From: Limnospira sp.
Lineage (GTDB): Bacteria > Cyanobacteriota > Cyanobacteriia > Cyanobacteriales > Microcoleaceae
DNA length: 64,000 bases
Direction: 5' to 3'
NCBI GenBank assembly: GCA_050045915.1
Contig: JBNGCR010000004.1
Location: 1,354 to 65,353, forward strand
This document shows, in pieces, positions 30,724 to 42,447 of the stretch; position 1 is the stretch's first letter; every line of letters begins with the position of its first letter. A program made the translations under genes and the position numbers. Below the pieces are notes generated by a model. That model did not search any database, was not told where the DNA came from, and saw only the letters and a program-made list of their open reading frames with translations.

Positions 30724-31260
30724 ATGCTAAAAATTAACAAAAAATCGGATGCTTTAATTTTGATAGCTGGGCTGGTTTTGGGGCTGTCGTCGCCGGCAAT
30801 AGCGACGGTCGCAAAGCAGCCTGAAAAAAGCCCATTTATCGGCGATTTAAAGGTTCAAAACCCTTCCTTTATCGACCGAGATAATCAAACTCAGCGCCAG
30901 TTAATTCAGTCGGAAGTAGACCACACTCTGCGACGCTTAAACCCCTTTATCAACACTTGGATATTGGTGGCAGTTTTAGTTCCGGGTGCCATTTCAATGA
31001 CGATTTTAATCTGGTTTTTTAGAGAAGCCCAACACGTCCAAACCTGTCGCCAAACCCTGGAAGGATACAAAGAGGATATCCGCGATCGCATCGAGTATCT
31101 GGCATCGGAAGCTCAAGATATTCTCGACAAACTCCAGATGACGATGAATCTCACCGAGGAAAAAATTGAGGCGATCGAGTCTCACATCCAGTCTCTATCC
31201 ATTGAAGACGAAAAAGACTCCGATTTCAGCGTAGACGGTGAAACATCAGACAAAAACTAA
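30724..31260 (+). CDS. Hypothetical membrane protein, paralogous to the N-terminal half of the upstream TPR protein
   Basis: Signal-like N-terminus. QSEVDHTLRRL + TM + coiled coil aligns by eye with QTEVDSAFRRT + TM + coiled coil of 29433..30722. Confidence 0.65.
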   Translation: MLKINKKSDALILIAGLVLGLSSPAIATVAKQPEKSPFIGDLKVQNPSFIDRDNQTQRQLIQSEVDHTLRRLNPFINTWILVAVLVPGAISMTILIWFFREAQHVQTCRQTLEGYKEDIRDRIEYLASEAQDILDKLQMTMNLTEEKIEAIESHIQSLSIEDEKDSDFSVDGETSDKN

Positions 31261-31980
31261 CGGTTTATTTTTAAACGGAGCAAACGCTTCCGCGTCAAAT
31301 CGATAGAGACTCGCGGGCCGTCCGGCACCGCGGGAGGCTTTCACCCCAGTATCGCAGAGAAATCCGAGTTTGAGTAGGCGGGTGCGGAAATTGGAATAAT
31401 CCGAAAAACCCTCCCCCAAAACGGTGAGATAAAATTGGTAAAGTTCCCCCAACGTAAATAGTTCGGGGAGCACTTCAAAAGCCACCGGACTGTATTCCAA
31501 TTTGTTGCGGAGGCGCCGGTAGCCGTACTCCAAAATTTGATTGTGATCGAAGGCGAGTTGGGGCACGTCTTGGATGGGATACCATGCTACCCCTGTTACC
31601 CCGTCGGGAATCAATTGAGCTTCCTCATACCGGACGAGGGCGAAATAGCTGACGGATAAATAGCGGACGTGGTAACTGTCGGCACTTTCTCGCGGATCGC
31701 GATCGGGTCCGCCGAAGGTGTAGAGCTGTTCTAAATAAAGGTTTTTGACTTGTATTTTTTCTTCTAAAATCCGGTAAGCTGCATCCTCCAACGATTCGCC
31801 TTGGCGAACCAGAGTTCCCGGCAGACTCCAGCGATCGCGAAAGGGTTCCTGTTGTCGCATCAACACCAACGCCAGCAGGCGATTTTGTCCGGTATCGATG
31901 GAAAAAATGACGTTATCGACCCCAACTTTGAACTCCGCTAGGGGGTGATTCGTCGATTGATTTGGGCGATGTTCTGCCAT
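31246..31980 (-). CDS. nrtR: NrtR-family Nudix + wHTH regulator
   Basis: WSLPGTLVRQGESLEDAA, LEQLYTFG..RDPR, LAFDH..IL, LPELFTLGEL and GRPASLYRF motifs. Adjacent to nadD. Confidence 0.85.
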   Translation of the reverse strand: MAEHRPNQSTNHPLAEFKVGVDNVIFSIDTGQNRLLALVLMRQQEPFRDRWSLPGTLVRQGESLEDAAYRILEEKIQVKNLYLEQLYTFGGPDRDPRESADSYHVRYLSVSYFALVRYEEAQLIPDGVTGVAWYPIQDVPQLAFDHNQILEYGYRRLRNKLEYSPVAFEVLPELFTLGELYQFYLTVLGEGFSDYSNFRTRLLKLGFLCDTGVKASRGAGRPASLYRFDAEAFAPFKNKPLVFV

Positions 31981-31981
31981 T

Positions 31982-32572
31982 TCATTCGTGTTGGCTCAAA
32001 CTAGATTGATACAAATTTTCGCGATCGATGTAAGCTTGAACCGGGGACGGAATCGGGTTCGGATCTCCGGCTTGGCGAAAATCCGTCGAGGAGACATCCA
32101 ATCCCTGCCAGTCGGCGATCGCGACTCGTGCGCCTAACTTGCGAAGTTCCGCCAAATCCCCATCTTGAATGTTATATCCCGGTCGCGGGACGACCAACAA
32201 ATCCACCTCAGCCAACAAATCTTTTATTTTATACCAACGGGGGATCTGCCTCACCAAATCCGATCCCACCACCAGGGTAAATTCCCCATCGGGCCAGTGT
32301 TTGCGGGCTCCCGAGACGGTTTCGATCGTGCGGCGGCTGCTCAATTCCGGCTTCACGACAATATGATCCCTCGGCGGATCGATCTGTTCGATGAGAACCT
32401 CCAGCATCGTCTGACGGTGTTCCAGGGATGCCCCGTGGGACTTGAAGGGATTGTCGGCGGCCCAAACCAATACGCGATCGAACCGTCGGGCGAGTTGACT
32501 TAAAATAAACTGATGGCCGGCGGTAGGCGGGTCGGCACTGGTTCCGAAAAGGGCGATTCGGGTCATCGACAC
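31982..32572 (-). CDS. nadD: Nicotinate-nucleotide adenylyltransferase
   Basis: LFGTSADPPTAGH, NPFK, LVVGSDL and VSST motifs. Confidence 0.9.
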   Translation of the reverse strand: MSMTRIALFGTSADPPTAGHQFILSQLARRFDRVLVWAADNPFKSHGASLEHRQTMLEVLIEQIDPPRDHIVVKPELSSRRTIETVSGARKHWPDGEFTLVVGSDLVRQIPRWYKIKDLLAEVDLLVVPRPGYNIQDGDLAELRKLGARVAIADWQGLDVSSTDFRQAGDPNPIPSPVQAYIDRENLYQSSLSQHE

Positions 32573-32727
32573 GGGGGGCTAATTACTGTGTTTATTATCG
32601 CGACAGAAGCGACGGGTCGCAAGTCTCGCAGTTGCTAGAATCAATCCCTTGGAATCGAGGTCGGGGAGATTTCGAGAACAGCGGTAAAGCGTCTTGATGC
32701 CGTACCGACCCTGCCAAAATCGTCGGG

Positions 32728-33801
32728 ATGGTGTACGATCGCAAAGAATTCCTACACCCGTTAACACAGCACATGGATGTTTTGCCAATTCAATCGGCCG
32801 GAGGGGGCGATCGCGAGACTTCGGGAAAATCCGAGAGTCCCGAAATCTCCGTCATCGTACCGATTTACAACGAATTGGAGAGTCTGCCGACATTAATTAA
32901 TTCCATTCACACCAGTTTGACGGAACTGGAAATCGACTACGAACTGATTTGCGTGGATGACGGCTCCTCCGACGGGTCTACAGAGGTACTCAGACAACAA
33001 ATTTTGGCTCATCCCAACCTGCGAGTAGTGGTTCTGCGTCGCAACTACGGCCAGACCCCAGCAATGGCCGCCGGGTTCAAGCAAGCCAGGGGCCGAGTGA
33101 TTGTCACCTTGGATGGAGATCTCCAAAACGATCCCCTCGATATCCCCCACCTACTCGACGAACTCTCCAAGGGTTACGATGTCGTCAGCGGTTGGCGCCA
33201 AAACCGTCAGGATAATTTCTGGACTCGACTGCTTCCCTCCAAAGTTGCCAACTGGCTGATTGGCAAAATCACCGGAGTCCGACTTCACGATTACGGTTGC
33301 TCTCTGAAAGCTTACCGGGCGGAAGTGGTCGCCGACATGAAGCTTTACGGGGAATTGCATCGATTCTTACCCGTTCTCGCCTTTATTGAAGGGGCACGAG
33401 TCACCGAATTACCCGTCCGCCACCACCCTCGTCGCTACGGTCGCAGCAAGTATGGTCTGGGTCGCACCTTCCGGGTGTTGATGGATTTATTGACGATCGC
33501 CTTTATTAAAACATTCCTGACCCGACCGATGCACGTTTTCGGCCTGTTGGGGGTTCTGTTACTCATGGTAGGTATCGGGGCGGGAAGCTACCTGAGTTTT
33601 ATTCGCCTGGTGTTGGGGCAAAGTATCGGCGATCGGCCCCTATTGATTTTGGCTGTATTGCTGACGCTGACGGGAATTCAACTGTTTTGCTTCGGGCTAC
33701 TGGCCGAGTTGTTAATGCGGACCTATCACGAATCTCAAGATCGGCCGATTTATCGGGTGCGGGAGTTAATCGAATCCAAGGAGAGTTCGGCGAAGTATTG
33801 A
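32728..33801 (+). CDS. GT2 polyprenol-phosphate glycosyltransferase (ArnC/DPM1-like)
   Basis: ISVIVPIYNE, VDDGSSDGS, RRNYGQTPAM, TLDGDLQNDP and HDYGCSLKAYR motifs, plus two C-terminal TM helices. The true start may be the ATG near 32773. Confidence 0.9.
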   Translation: MVYDRKEFLHPLTQHMDVLPIQSAGGGDRETSGKSESPEISVIVPIYNELESLPTLINSIHTSLTELEIDYELICVDDGSSDGSTEVLRQQILAHPNLRVVVLRRNYGQTPAMAAGFKQARGRVIVTLDGDLQNDPLDIPHLLDELSKGYDVVSGWRQNRQDNFWTRLLPSKVANWLIGKITGVRLHDYGCSLKAYRAEVVADMKLYGELHRFLPVLAFIEGARVTELPVRHHPRRYGRSKYGLGRTFRVLMDLLTIAFIKTFLTRPMHVFGLLGVLLLMVGIGAGSYLSFIRLVLGQSIGDRPLLILAVLLTLTGIQLFCFGLLAELLMRTYHESQDRPIYRVRELIESKESSAKY

Positions 33802-33861
33802 CACTCCACGCTCTGAAGAGACGGGTAGCCGCAAGCCCCGTCTCTCCTCCGTCATTGCCGT

Positions 33862-35481
33862 TTAAGTCGTCACGGGTTGGCGATCGGCGATCGCGGCTTT
33901 TTCCCGTTGCGGTTCCAGGGCCGCGTAGAGGCGGTTGAGGGCGTTGATGTAAGCCTGGGCGGACGCCACGATAATATCCGTGTTGGCCGAGTGGCCGGAA
34001 AACACCCGCCCCTCATGCCGCAGGCGGATCGTCACCTCCCCGATCGCATCAATCCCCGCCGTTACCGACTGTACCGAAAACTCGATCAACTCGTTGGGGA
34101 CGTTCACCACCCGGTTGATCGCCTTGTAAACCGCATCCACCGGCCCGGTTCCCGTCGCCGCGTCCGTCAACTCCTCGCCCTGGGGCGTTCTCAGGGTCAC
34201 GGTCGCCGTGGGGCGGGCGTTATTGCCGCAGGACACCTGCACCAACTCCACCCGGAACAGTTCGGGGGTCTGCTGAATTTCGTCGTTGACGATCGCCTCG
34301 ATGTCCCAGTTGGTGACTTCTTTCTTTTTATCTGCCACATCCTTGAACCGGACGAAAGCTTTGTTGATTTCGTCCTCGGACAGGTCGAAACCCAACTCCA
34401 GGAGGCGATTTTGGAAGGCGTGGCGGCCCGAATGTTTGCCCAGGACGAGCTGGTTGTCGTTCAGGCCGATGGACTGGGCGTCCATGATCTCGTAGGTCAG
34501 CTTATTCTTGAGAATCCCATCCTGGTGGATGCCGGACTCGTGGGCGAAGGCGTTGGCCCCGACGATCGCCTTGTTCGGCTGCACCAACATCCCGGTCAGA
34601 TTGGACACCAAACGGGAGGTTTTGTAAATTTCGCGGGTGTTGATTTGGGTGAGGGACTCCTCCGAATCGGCGGGACGCCCGAAGAAGGGGTTGTAGAACT
34701 GCCGCCGGACGTGGAGGGCCATGACCAGTTCTTCTAGAGCGGCGTTTCCGGCCCGTTCGCCGATGCCGTTGATCGTACATTCGAGCTGCCGCGCCCCATT
34801 TTTCACCGCTTCTAGGAAGTTGGCGACGGCCAAGCCCAGGTCGTTGTGGCCGTGGACGGAAATCACGGCTTGGTCGATATTGGGGACGTTTTCTTTAATG
34901 CCCCGGATCAGGACCCCGAATTCTGAGGGGGTCGTATAACCCACGGTGTCGGGGATATTGACGGTGGTGGCCCCGGCTGTGATCGCCCGTTCCAGGACTT
35001 CATAAAGAAATTCGGGGTCGGACCGTCCGGCGTCCTCGGGGGAAAATTCGATATCCTCCACGAAGGATTTGGCGTAGGCTACCATCTCGCTGGTGATATC
35101 TAGGACCTCCTGACGAGTCTTTTTCAGCTTGTACTGCAGGTGGATGTCGGAGGTGGCGATAAACGTGTGGATGCGTTTGTGGACGGCTGGTTTGAGGGCG
35201 TTCGCGGCTGCTTCGATGTCCGCCTTGACGGCTCGGGCGAGGCTGCAGATGGTCGGCCCGTCTTCGGTGCCGACGGTTTGGGCGATGCGGTGAACCGCTT
35301 CAAAGTCGCCGCTGCTGGCGATCGCGAATCCGGCTTCGATGACATCGACTCCCAGACGCGCCAGTTGTCGAGCGATGACGAGTTTTTCATCGACGTTCAG
35401 GGTGGCTCCCGGACATTGTTCGCCATCTCGCAGGGTGGTGTCGAAGATGATGATCCGGTCGGGGTTGGGTTGAATTGTCAT
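33862..35481 (-). CDS. leuA: 2-isopropylmalate synthase
   Basis: [31 protein letters not shown] and HESGIHQDG motifs, plus the C-terminal regulatory domain. Confidence 0.97.
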   Translation of the reverse strand: MTIQPNPDRIIIFDTTLRDGEQCPGATLNVDEKLVIARQLARLGVDVIEAGFAIASSGDFEAVHRIAQTVGTEDGPTICSLARAVKADIEAAANALKPAVHKRIHTFIATSDIHLQYKLKKTRQEVLDITSEMVAYAKSFVEDIEFSPEDAGRSDPEFLYEVLERAITAGATTVNIPDTVGYTTPSEFGVLIRGIKENVPNIDQAVISVHGHNDLGLAVANFLEAVKNGARQLECTINGIGERAGNAALEELVMALHVRRQFYNPFFGRPADSEESLTQINTREIYKTSRLVSNLTGMLVQPNKAIVGANAFAHESGIHQDGILKNKLTYEIMDAQSIGLNDNQLVLGKHSGRHAFQNRLLELGFDLSEDEINKAFVRFKDVADKKKEVTNWDIEAIVNDEIQQTPELFRVELVQVSCGNNARPTATVTLRTPQGEELTDAATGTGPVDAVYKAINRVVNVPNELIEFSVQSVTAGIDAIGEVTIRLRHEGRVFSGHSANTDIIVASAQAYINALNRLYAALEPQREKAAIADRQPVTT

Positions 35482-35609
35482 GGTGTAAACCCTCCAGTAT
35501 GTAGACGACTTCAGGACTCAAATCCGGGGATCGAGCGCCGGCGCGGGGACGTTTTGAGTGCCGTTCTCCGATTGTACTTCTCCCCGTCTCGATCTGCGGT
35601 TTTCTTCAG

Positions 35610-36131
35610 TCAATAGTCGATTTTCTCGATGTGTTCTCGGATGTCGTTCAAGTCGATATAGCGATCGGTGGCGTTGCGAAGTTCCCGGGCGATCATGCCT
35701 TCGGTGGAAACGACGGTGATGTGGGTATTTTTGGAGCGCAGCAGTTCGATCGCCCGCTCGAAATCCCCGTCGCCGCTGAACAGGACGACGCGATCGTACT
35801 GATCGACGGTGTTGAACATATCGACGACAATTTCGATGTCCAAATTTGCCTTTTGAGAATAGCGGCCGGAGCTGTCGTCGTAGTATTCTTTTAAAATTTT
35901 GGTGCGAACCGTGTAGCCCAGACTGATCAGCGCGTCCCGAAATCCCCGTTGGTCTTGCGGGTCTTTGAGTCCGGTGTACCAGAAAGCATTGATCAATATG
36001 ATGTCGGATTGTTCGTGCTTGAAATAGCTCAAAACCCTTCTGGGATCGAAAAACCAGCCATTTTTTTGTTGGGCGTAGAACATATTGTTACCGTCTACAA
36101 AAATAGATAGACGGTTTTTGATGTTAGGCAT
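35610..36131 (-). CDS. labA: NYN-domain (LabA/DUF88) protein
   Basis: IFVDGNNMFY, KANLDIEIVVD, LFSGDGDF and ELRNATDRYIDL motifs. Confidence 0.85.
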   Translation of the reverse strand: MPNIKNRLSIFVDGNNMFYAQQKNGWFFDPRRVLSYFKHEQSDIILINAFWYTGLKDPQDQRGFRDALISLGYTVRTKILKEYYDDSSGRYSQKANLDIEIVVDMFNTVDQYDRVVLFSGDGDFERAIELLRSKNTHITVVSTEGMIARELRNATDRYIDLNDIREHIEKIDY

Positions 36132-36642
36132 ACAAACTAAAGACCTAATATTTGTAGAAATGAATTTAATCTATATATTTTATCTTAGCATCTGGATTCT
36201 TACAAAATTTGAGCTTGACATTCCTCTACAGTTGGGATTTGGATCGAAGCCCACAGTGAAACGGGCTCCGGAGTTTCGGCTTCCTCGATTCGGAAGGTAG
36301 AAACTTTGACGAAAAATCGTCGAGATCGACGGCAAAATCTCACCGACCGCCTCCGTTCTCCGAGCCGCGATCGGATGACGGCGGTGGGCTTCGCCCGCTC
36401 GCGCCCGACTCGCCCCAATGTTCTGAAATAGAAATCGACAATATCGACCCCCCATCCGGTTAACCCCTTCCAACCAGAAGGTCGAGAAATGGAGAACAGC
36501 AAGATCGCAGGTTCCATCCGGTACGGTTTCCGAACAGCAGCCGGATCGGGAAAAACCCGATCGCCCTGTCGATTGGCGGGCGATCGCGATCCGGTTGGCT
36601 TCGAGTGATTAGCGCTTTCAATCTAAAATATAGAAGTACAAT

Positions 36643-37036
36643 TTGACATCCTCCCCGCCGTAAACGGATGGGGATTCCCAAACCTCACGATTTAGGTTTT
36701 CTGCTTCGTAGCAACTGCCTCCACCCACTCAAGAGTTGTATGGTCTTATGTTCGCGACCCAGACTATCCCCGCCAGAGAAAGCGGTTCTATGTGTTGAGA
36801 TTCTCAAAGGAATTCTCTTGTGTAGTTGATTCAAGGGATGTGCTAGGCAAAAGCCCTCTCCTCAATTCCTGAGTCTACCGATTTTGCTGCGTCGTCAGTG
36901 TTTTGACTGGACTTCGCTCCTATAGGCTGTCTGATCCGCGCAGCACACCTATCCATTGTCTCGGGTGGGTCTTTGACCCATTCTATTCTACCAGATCGAG
37001 CCGTTTGCGAAGGAGGGGGTTTCAAACCTAATTTTT
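36643..37036 (-). mobile_element. Non-autonomous IS200/IS605-family element (left end, degenerate tnpB remnant, intact right-end hairpin / putative omegaRNA region)
   Basis: Minus strand starts AATTAGGTTTGAAACCCCCTCCTTC (left-end-like), carries an extended -10 TGGTAGAAT, and ends CCTAAATCGTGAGGTTTGGGAATCCCCATCCGTTTACGGCGGGGAGGATGTCAA. No intact ORF. Confidence 0.75.
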
Positions 37037-37044
37037 TTGATGAC

Positions 37045-37457
37045 CGATAATTTGGGTCTCCAGCCTCGCCCTTTAAGGGCGACTTTTTCTTGAACCCGTG
37101 GTAGAATTATCCCCGATGTCTCGGTAGCACCGATGTTCGGACTCGAATACAAGGTCAACCCGAAACCCCATCAGATCGCCCGCATCGAAGAGGCCCGCAG
37201 TCCAGTTCGTCCGCAACAAGGCGCTGCTGTATTCGATGGACAATCGCGGTGTGGGCCAGACCGAGTGATTCCGGTACAACACCGAACTCAGGGCGGAGTA
37301 CGGGTTCGTCAAAGACTTGAACTCCCACGCCGGCCCGGTCGGTGTCAAGCGGATGCTCCGAGCCATCAACCATTTCTTCGACAACTGCAAGAAGAACAAG
37401 CCCAGAAAAAAGGGATATCCCCGGTTCAAAACAAATACCCGCTCCGTCAAGTACAAA
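37045..37457 (+). pseudogene. tnpB: IS605-family element left end plus a frameshifted, truncated tnpB
   Basis: ATG at 37133 gives MFGLEYKVNPKPHQIARIEEA, then a frameshift to VQFVRNKALLYSMDNRGVGQTE*, then FFDNCKKNKPRKKGYPRFKTNTRSVKYK. Similarity is lost after ~37457; no RuvC or zinc finger remains. Confidence 0.85.
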
Positions 37458-37485
37458 TCGGCGATTCGCACCGACCTCAAAACCC

Positions 37486-38139
37486 CTAAAATTCCTGACT
37501 TTCGAGCGCCCAGCGAGCGAGTTCGGTGCGGTTGTGGAGGCCGGTTTTGCCCAGCATATTGCTGACGTGGCTTTCGACGGTGCGCTGGCTGACCTTCATG
37601 ATTTTGGAAATTTCCCGATTTCCCATCCCCCGAGCCACCAACTGTACCACCCTCAACTCGGTTGGCGTCAGTTCGACATTCTCGCGGACTCGCAGTTTCT
37701 GCGCCGTTTGGATGGCGGGTTGACGGTGCTGAATCAGACGCGCCGCCTGGCGCAGGGAGGATTCGACTTGGGCAATCAGTTCTTCCGGCTCAAAGGGCTT
37801 GACAATGTAAACATCCGCCCCGGTATTGAGGCCTTTGACCTTATCTTGGCTCTGCCCTTTCGCGGAGAGGAACAGGACGGGAATCCAACTCAAACGCGGA
37901 TTTTCCCGGATCAGATTCACCAGGGTGTAACCGTCCATTTCCGGCATCATGATGTCGCAAATGATCAGGTCGGGGACTTCGTATTCAAGCCGTTCGAGAG
38001 CTTTTTTACCATTCTCGGCGGTGACGACCTCATATCCCCGAAACTCCAGATAATCTCTGACCAAGACGACGAGGTTGGGATCGTCATCTACGAGCATGAG
38101 TCGCCGTTGTTCTGTGGTTGTGATGTCACTGTCATTCAT
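37486..38139 (-). CDS. NarL/LuxR-family response regulator
   Basis: REC domain (LVDDD, ICDIMMPEMDG, KPF) plus LuxR HTH (LTPTELRVVQLVARGMGNREIS...TVESHVSNML). ATG at 38139 preferred. Confidence 0.93.
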   Translation of the reverse strand: MNDSDITTTEQRRLMLVDDDPNLVVLVRDYLEFRGYEVVTAENGKKALERLEYEVPDLIICDIMMPEMDGYTLVNLIRENPRLSWIPVLFLSAKGQSQDKVKGLNTGADVYIVKPFEPEELIAQVESSLRQAARLIQHRQPAIQTAQKLRVRENVELTPTELRVVQLVARGMGNREISKIMKVSQRTVESHVSNMLGKTGLHNRTELARWALESQEF

Positions 38140-38418
38140 CGCGCTGTTCCGTTGGAGGGTGCTGAACCATAAGCTGGACGATAAGGAATATTTGGGTGCG
38201 ATCGCGGGCCGCGCCAGTTGACCCCATTTCGCGCCACCCCAGCTCAATTTGCAAGCCGGACGGATACATCCGGGTTATCCCGGATGACTTCCAACTGGCA
38301 ATATCGGCGGCTCGATTTGTCGCTGTGGCGGACTCAAAGGCAACTTAATTATCAATTCTTGTATACGGCACGGTTTAATACTTCAATATTATCCGAAAAT
38401 TGAACCGCAAGACTACCC

Positions 38419-38907
38419 TCAACCCGATCGCCCCCCGTCCGTCGCCTCCGTCGGCCTCGGCTCGATGTCGGGCAAGGGGTGGGTCAGAAAGGCGTACTCC
38501 TCGACCACCCGGGATTCTAGGAGGTGATCTTGGATGATGCGCTCGATCGCTTCCGGGGTGGCGGCCCGATACCACACGCCCTCGGGATAAACCACCAAAA
38601 TCGGTCCGTCACAGCAAACGCGCAGACAGTTGGCTTTCGTCCGGAAGACACAGCCCGGACGGTCTTCTGTGGGGCGGTCGAGGTTCAATTCTTTGAGCCG
38701 ATTTTTGAGATAATTCCAGGCTTCAAGGCTGGCTTCCTTGGAACAGCACTTGGGTTTGGTTTGGTCGCAACAGAGGAAAATGTGACGCTGAACTTGTCGC
38801 AGACCCAAGGTCTGAACCGCCGTATCCAGAGGCGATCGCGCCCGGGATTCGGATACCGGCGCGTCGGCGGACTCAATTTCGGCTTCGGGGACGGGATTTT
38901 GACTCAT
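38419..38907 (-). CDS. Thioredoxin-like (2Fe-2S) ferredoxin
   Basis: RHIFLCCDQTKPKCC...TKANCLRVCCDGPILVVYPEGVWY motif. ATG at 38907 preferred. Confidence 0.88.
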   Translation of the reverse strand: MSQNPVPEAEIESADAPVSESRARSPLDTAVQTLGLRQVQRHIFLCCDQTKPKCCSKEASLEAWNYLKNRLKELNLDRPTEDRPGCVFRTKANCLRVCCDGPILVVYPEGVWYRAATPEAIERIIQDHLLESRVVEEYAFLTHPLPDIEPRPTEATDGGRSG

Positions 38908-39021
38908 GAGACGGAAAATGGGGAAATGGACAAATTTAAGACTCATTATAGGGAGAATTCGGGTCGGCGGCTTCGGTAAGGCAAAGGTCAAGCGGAGGGA
39001 ACCCAGAAACGGGTGGAACAT

Positions 39022-39057
39022 CCGAACGGCTTGGGAATCAATTCCCAAGCCGTTCGG
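39022..39057. repeat. Perfect 17-bp inverted repeat
   Basis: CCGAACGGCTTGGGAAT-CA-ATTCCCAAGCCGTTCGG. Confidence 0.9.
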
Positions 39058-39135
39058 CAAAAATTACATTCAGATGATTGGGGAATTGGTACGGATCTGA
39101 TATAAACTTGCTCCGGTCGCCTCCCGACAAACTCG

Positions 39136-39151
39136 GTTCGGGAACCCGTAC
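39136..39151 (+). promoter_or_regulatory. K-box upstream of groESL
   Basis: GTTCGG-GAAC-CCGTAC fits the cyanobacterial K-box consensus GTTCGG-NNAN-CCNNAC as I recall it; it lies 40 bp upstream of CIRCE. Confidence 0.75.
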
Positions 39152-39190
39152 AGCCATTCCTGTTGCGATCGCCTTCCCAATTTCGGTACA

Positions 39191-39217
39191 TTAGCACTCA
39201 GGAGTTGAGAGTGCTAA
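39191..39217 (+). promoter_or_regulatory. CIRCE element (HrcA operator)
   Basis: Perfect TTAGCACTC-N9-GAGTGCTAA upstream of groES. Confidence 0.97.
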
Positions 39218-39328
39218 TCCGGACAACCAAACGGGAAACGGCCGGCGGATTTGAAACGGTTTGCCCGGTTTTCTCAGGTCTGGAAGGGCTCAATCTCAGC
39301 CCAGCTCTTGTCAATCGGAGGTAATTGT

Positions 39329-39640
39329 ATGGCCGCTGTTTCTCTTAGCGTTTCTACCGTAAAGCCCCTCGGCGATCGCGTTTTCGTCAAGATCAGCGAT
39401 TCTGAGGAAAAAACGGCAGGCGGAATTCTGCTCCCCGACACCGCCAAAGAAAAGCCCCAGGTCGGAGAAATTGTCGCCGCCGGCCCGGGTCGTCGCAACG
39501 ACGACGGCTCCCGCAGCGAAATGGAAGTCAAAGTCGGCGACAAAGTTCTGTACTCCAAATATGCCGGAACCGACATCAAACTCGGTGGCGAAGAATACGT
39601 TTTGTTGGCCGAAAAAGACATCCTCGCGATCGTCAACTGA
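39329..39640 (+). CDS. groES: Co-chaperonin GroES
   Basis: [24 protein letters not shown] and VLYSKYAGT motifs. ATG at 39329. Confidence 0.98.
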   Translation: MAAVSLSVSTVKPLGDRVFVKISDSEEKTAGGILLPDTAKEKPQVGEIVAAGPGRRNDDGSRSEMEVKVGDKVLYSKYAGTDIKLGGEEYVLLAEKDILAIVN

Positions 39641-39737
39641 TCGGCCCGAGAAATTCCGACCTCGGATTTCTACTGTTCCCGTCGCCCGCCACCATTCGGG
39701 CGTCAACACCTCCTCAAACCCTTTTTTATCCCTCTAG

Positions 39738-41393
<1,656 letters not shown>

Positions 41394-41454
41394 GGTTTGA
41401 ATTGAGGGTCAAAGGGGGGCGATCGCAGCGATCGTTTCCCGACCCCTTAAGTGG

Positions 41455-41488
41455 ACGGACTTCGATTCAGATCGGAGTCCGTTTTTTT
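41455..41488 (+). terminator. Intrinsic terminator after groEL
   Basis: ACGGACTTCGAT-TCAG-ATCGGAGTCCGT followed by a T run. Confidence 0.8.
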
Positions 41489-41819
41489 GTTGATAGATAT
41501 AGCGCTGCGCGCTGGGGTGTTGGGGTGTGCTCGGTGGGGTGTGGGGAAGAGGAAGGGGGGGATAAGGGTTTCGAGGTTTTTCCCTTTTTCCGGAACTGTA
41601 AACACGCGAGCGCGCACTGCTATATATAACAATCGCCAAGGCGGTTAAGACCGATCTTCCGACTCCCGATTCCCGACTCTTGACTCCCTTTCTACCATCG
41701 CCATGTCCTAACCGTTCCGTCTGTTGTTATAGCAGGCAACAGGCCATCGGCAATCGTCAATAGGAAACTGAAATCACCCTCCCATCATGAGGAGATTTGG
41801 AAAGGTCTGAATCCATATC

Positions 41820-41850
41820 AAATCTAAAATCTAAAATCTAAAATCTAAAA
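41820..41850. repeat. Heptamer tandem repeat (AAATCTA)x4 (STRR-type)
   Basis: Read directly, upstream of rnhA. Confidence 0.9.
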
Positions 41851-41881
41851 TTTCCATCCCGATCTTCTGATATCATTTCTG

Positions 41882-42418
41882 ATGGAACAAAAGCGGGAGA
41901 TCGCGGGAATGAATGCAGGCTTGACACAGGTGACAATTTACACGGATGGAGCCTGTAGCGGGAATCCAGGAAGGGGGGGATATGGGGCCGTTTTGATGTC
42001 TGGCCCGCACCGGCGGGAGTTGAGTGGTGGGTTCCGGCGGACGACGAATAACCGCATGGAAATGATTGCCGCGATCGCCGCTTTGGAGGCTCTGAAATAT
42101 CCCTGTGCGGTGACATTGCACACGGATTCTAAATACTTGGTTGACGCGGTGAGCCAGGGGTGGGCTAAACGGTGGCGAAATAACGGCTGGCGTCGCAATC
42201 AGAAAGAGTGGGCCAAAAACCCGGATTTGTGGGCGCAATTGTTGGATTTGTGCGATCGCCACCAGGTGACATTTGTTTGGGTGAAAGGTCACGCGGGTGT
42301 GGAAGAAAACGAGCGGTGCGATCGTCTGGCTGTCGCCGCTTCTCAAGAAGAAAATCTACCCCCAGATTGCGGGTATGAAAACCCGCCGGCACCCCAAGAA
42401 ATGAAAAATGAAAAGTGA
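41882..42418 (+). CDS. rnhA: Ribonuclease HI
   Basis: [33 protein letters not shown] and WVKGHAG..NERCD motifs. Confidence 0.96.
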   Translation: MEQKREIAGMNAGLTQVTIYTDGACSGNPGRGGYGAVLMSGPHRRELSGGFRRTTNNRMEMIAAIAALEALKYPCAVTLHTDSKYLVDAVSQGWAKRWRNNGWRRNQKEWAKNPDLWAQLLDLCDRHQVTFVWVKGHAGVEENERCDRLAVAASQEENLPPDCGYENPPAPQEMKNEK

Positions 42419-42447
42419 AGTATTTCCCATTCCCTACATCCCACACC

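Noticed and set aside
31246-32572. nadD-nrtR without flanking pncB/nadE as an unusual arrangement
   Set aside because: Operon fragmentation is common and the missing genes may lie elsewhere in the genome. No NrtR operator could be supported.
36643-37036. HEARO/IscB omegaRNA reading of the element (GTCAA-containing 5' region)
   Set aside because: The ends match the tnpB-type element next door and there is no IscB ORF. Treated as an IS605/TnpB derivative instead.
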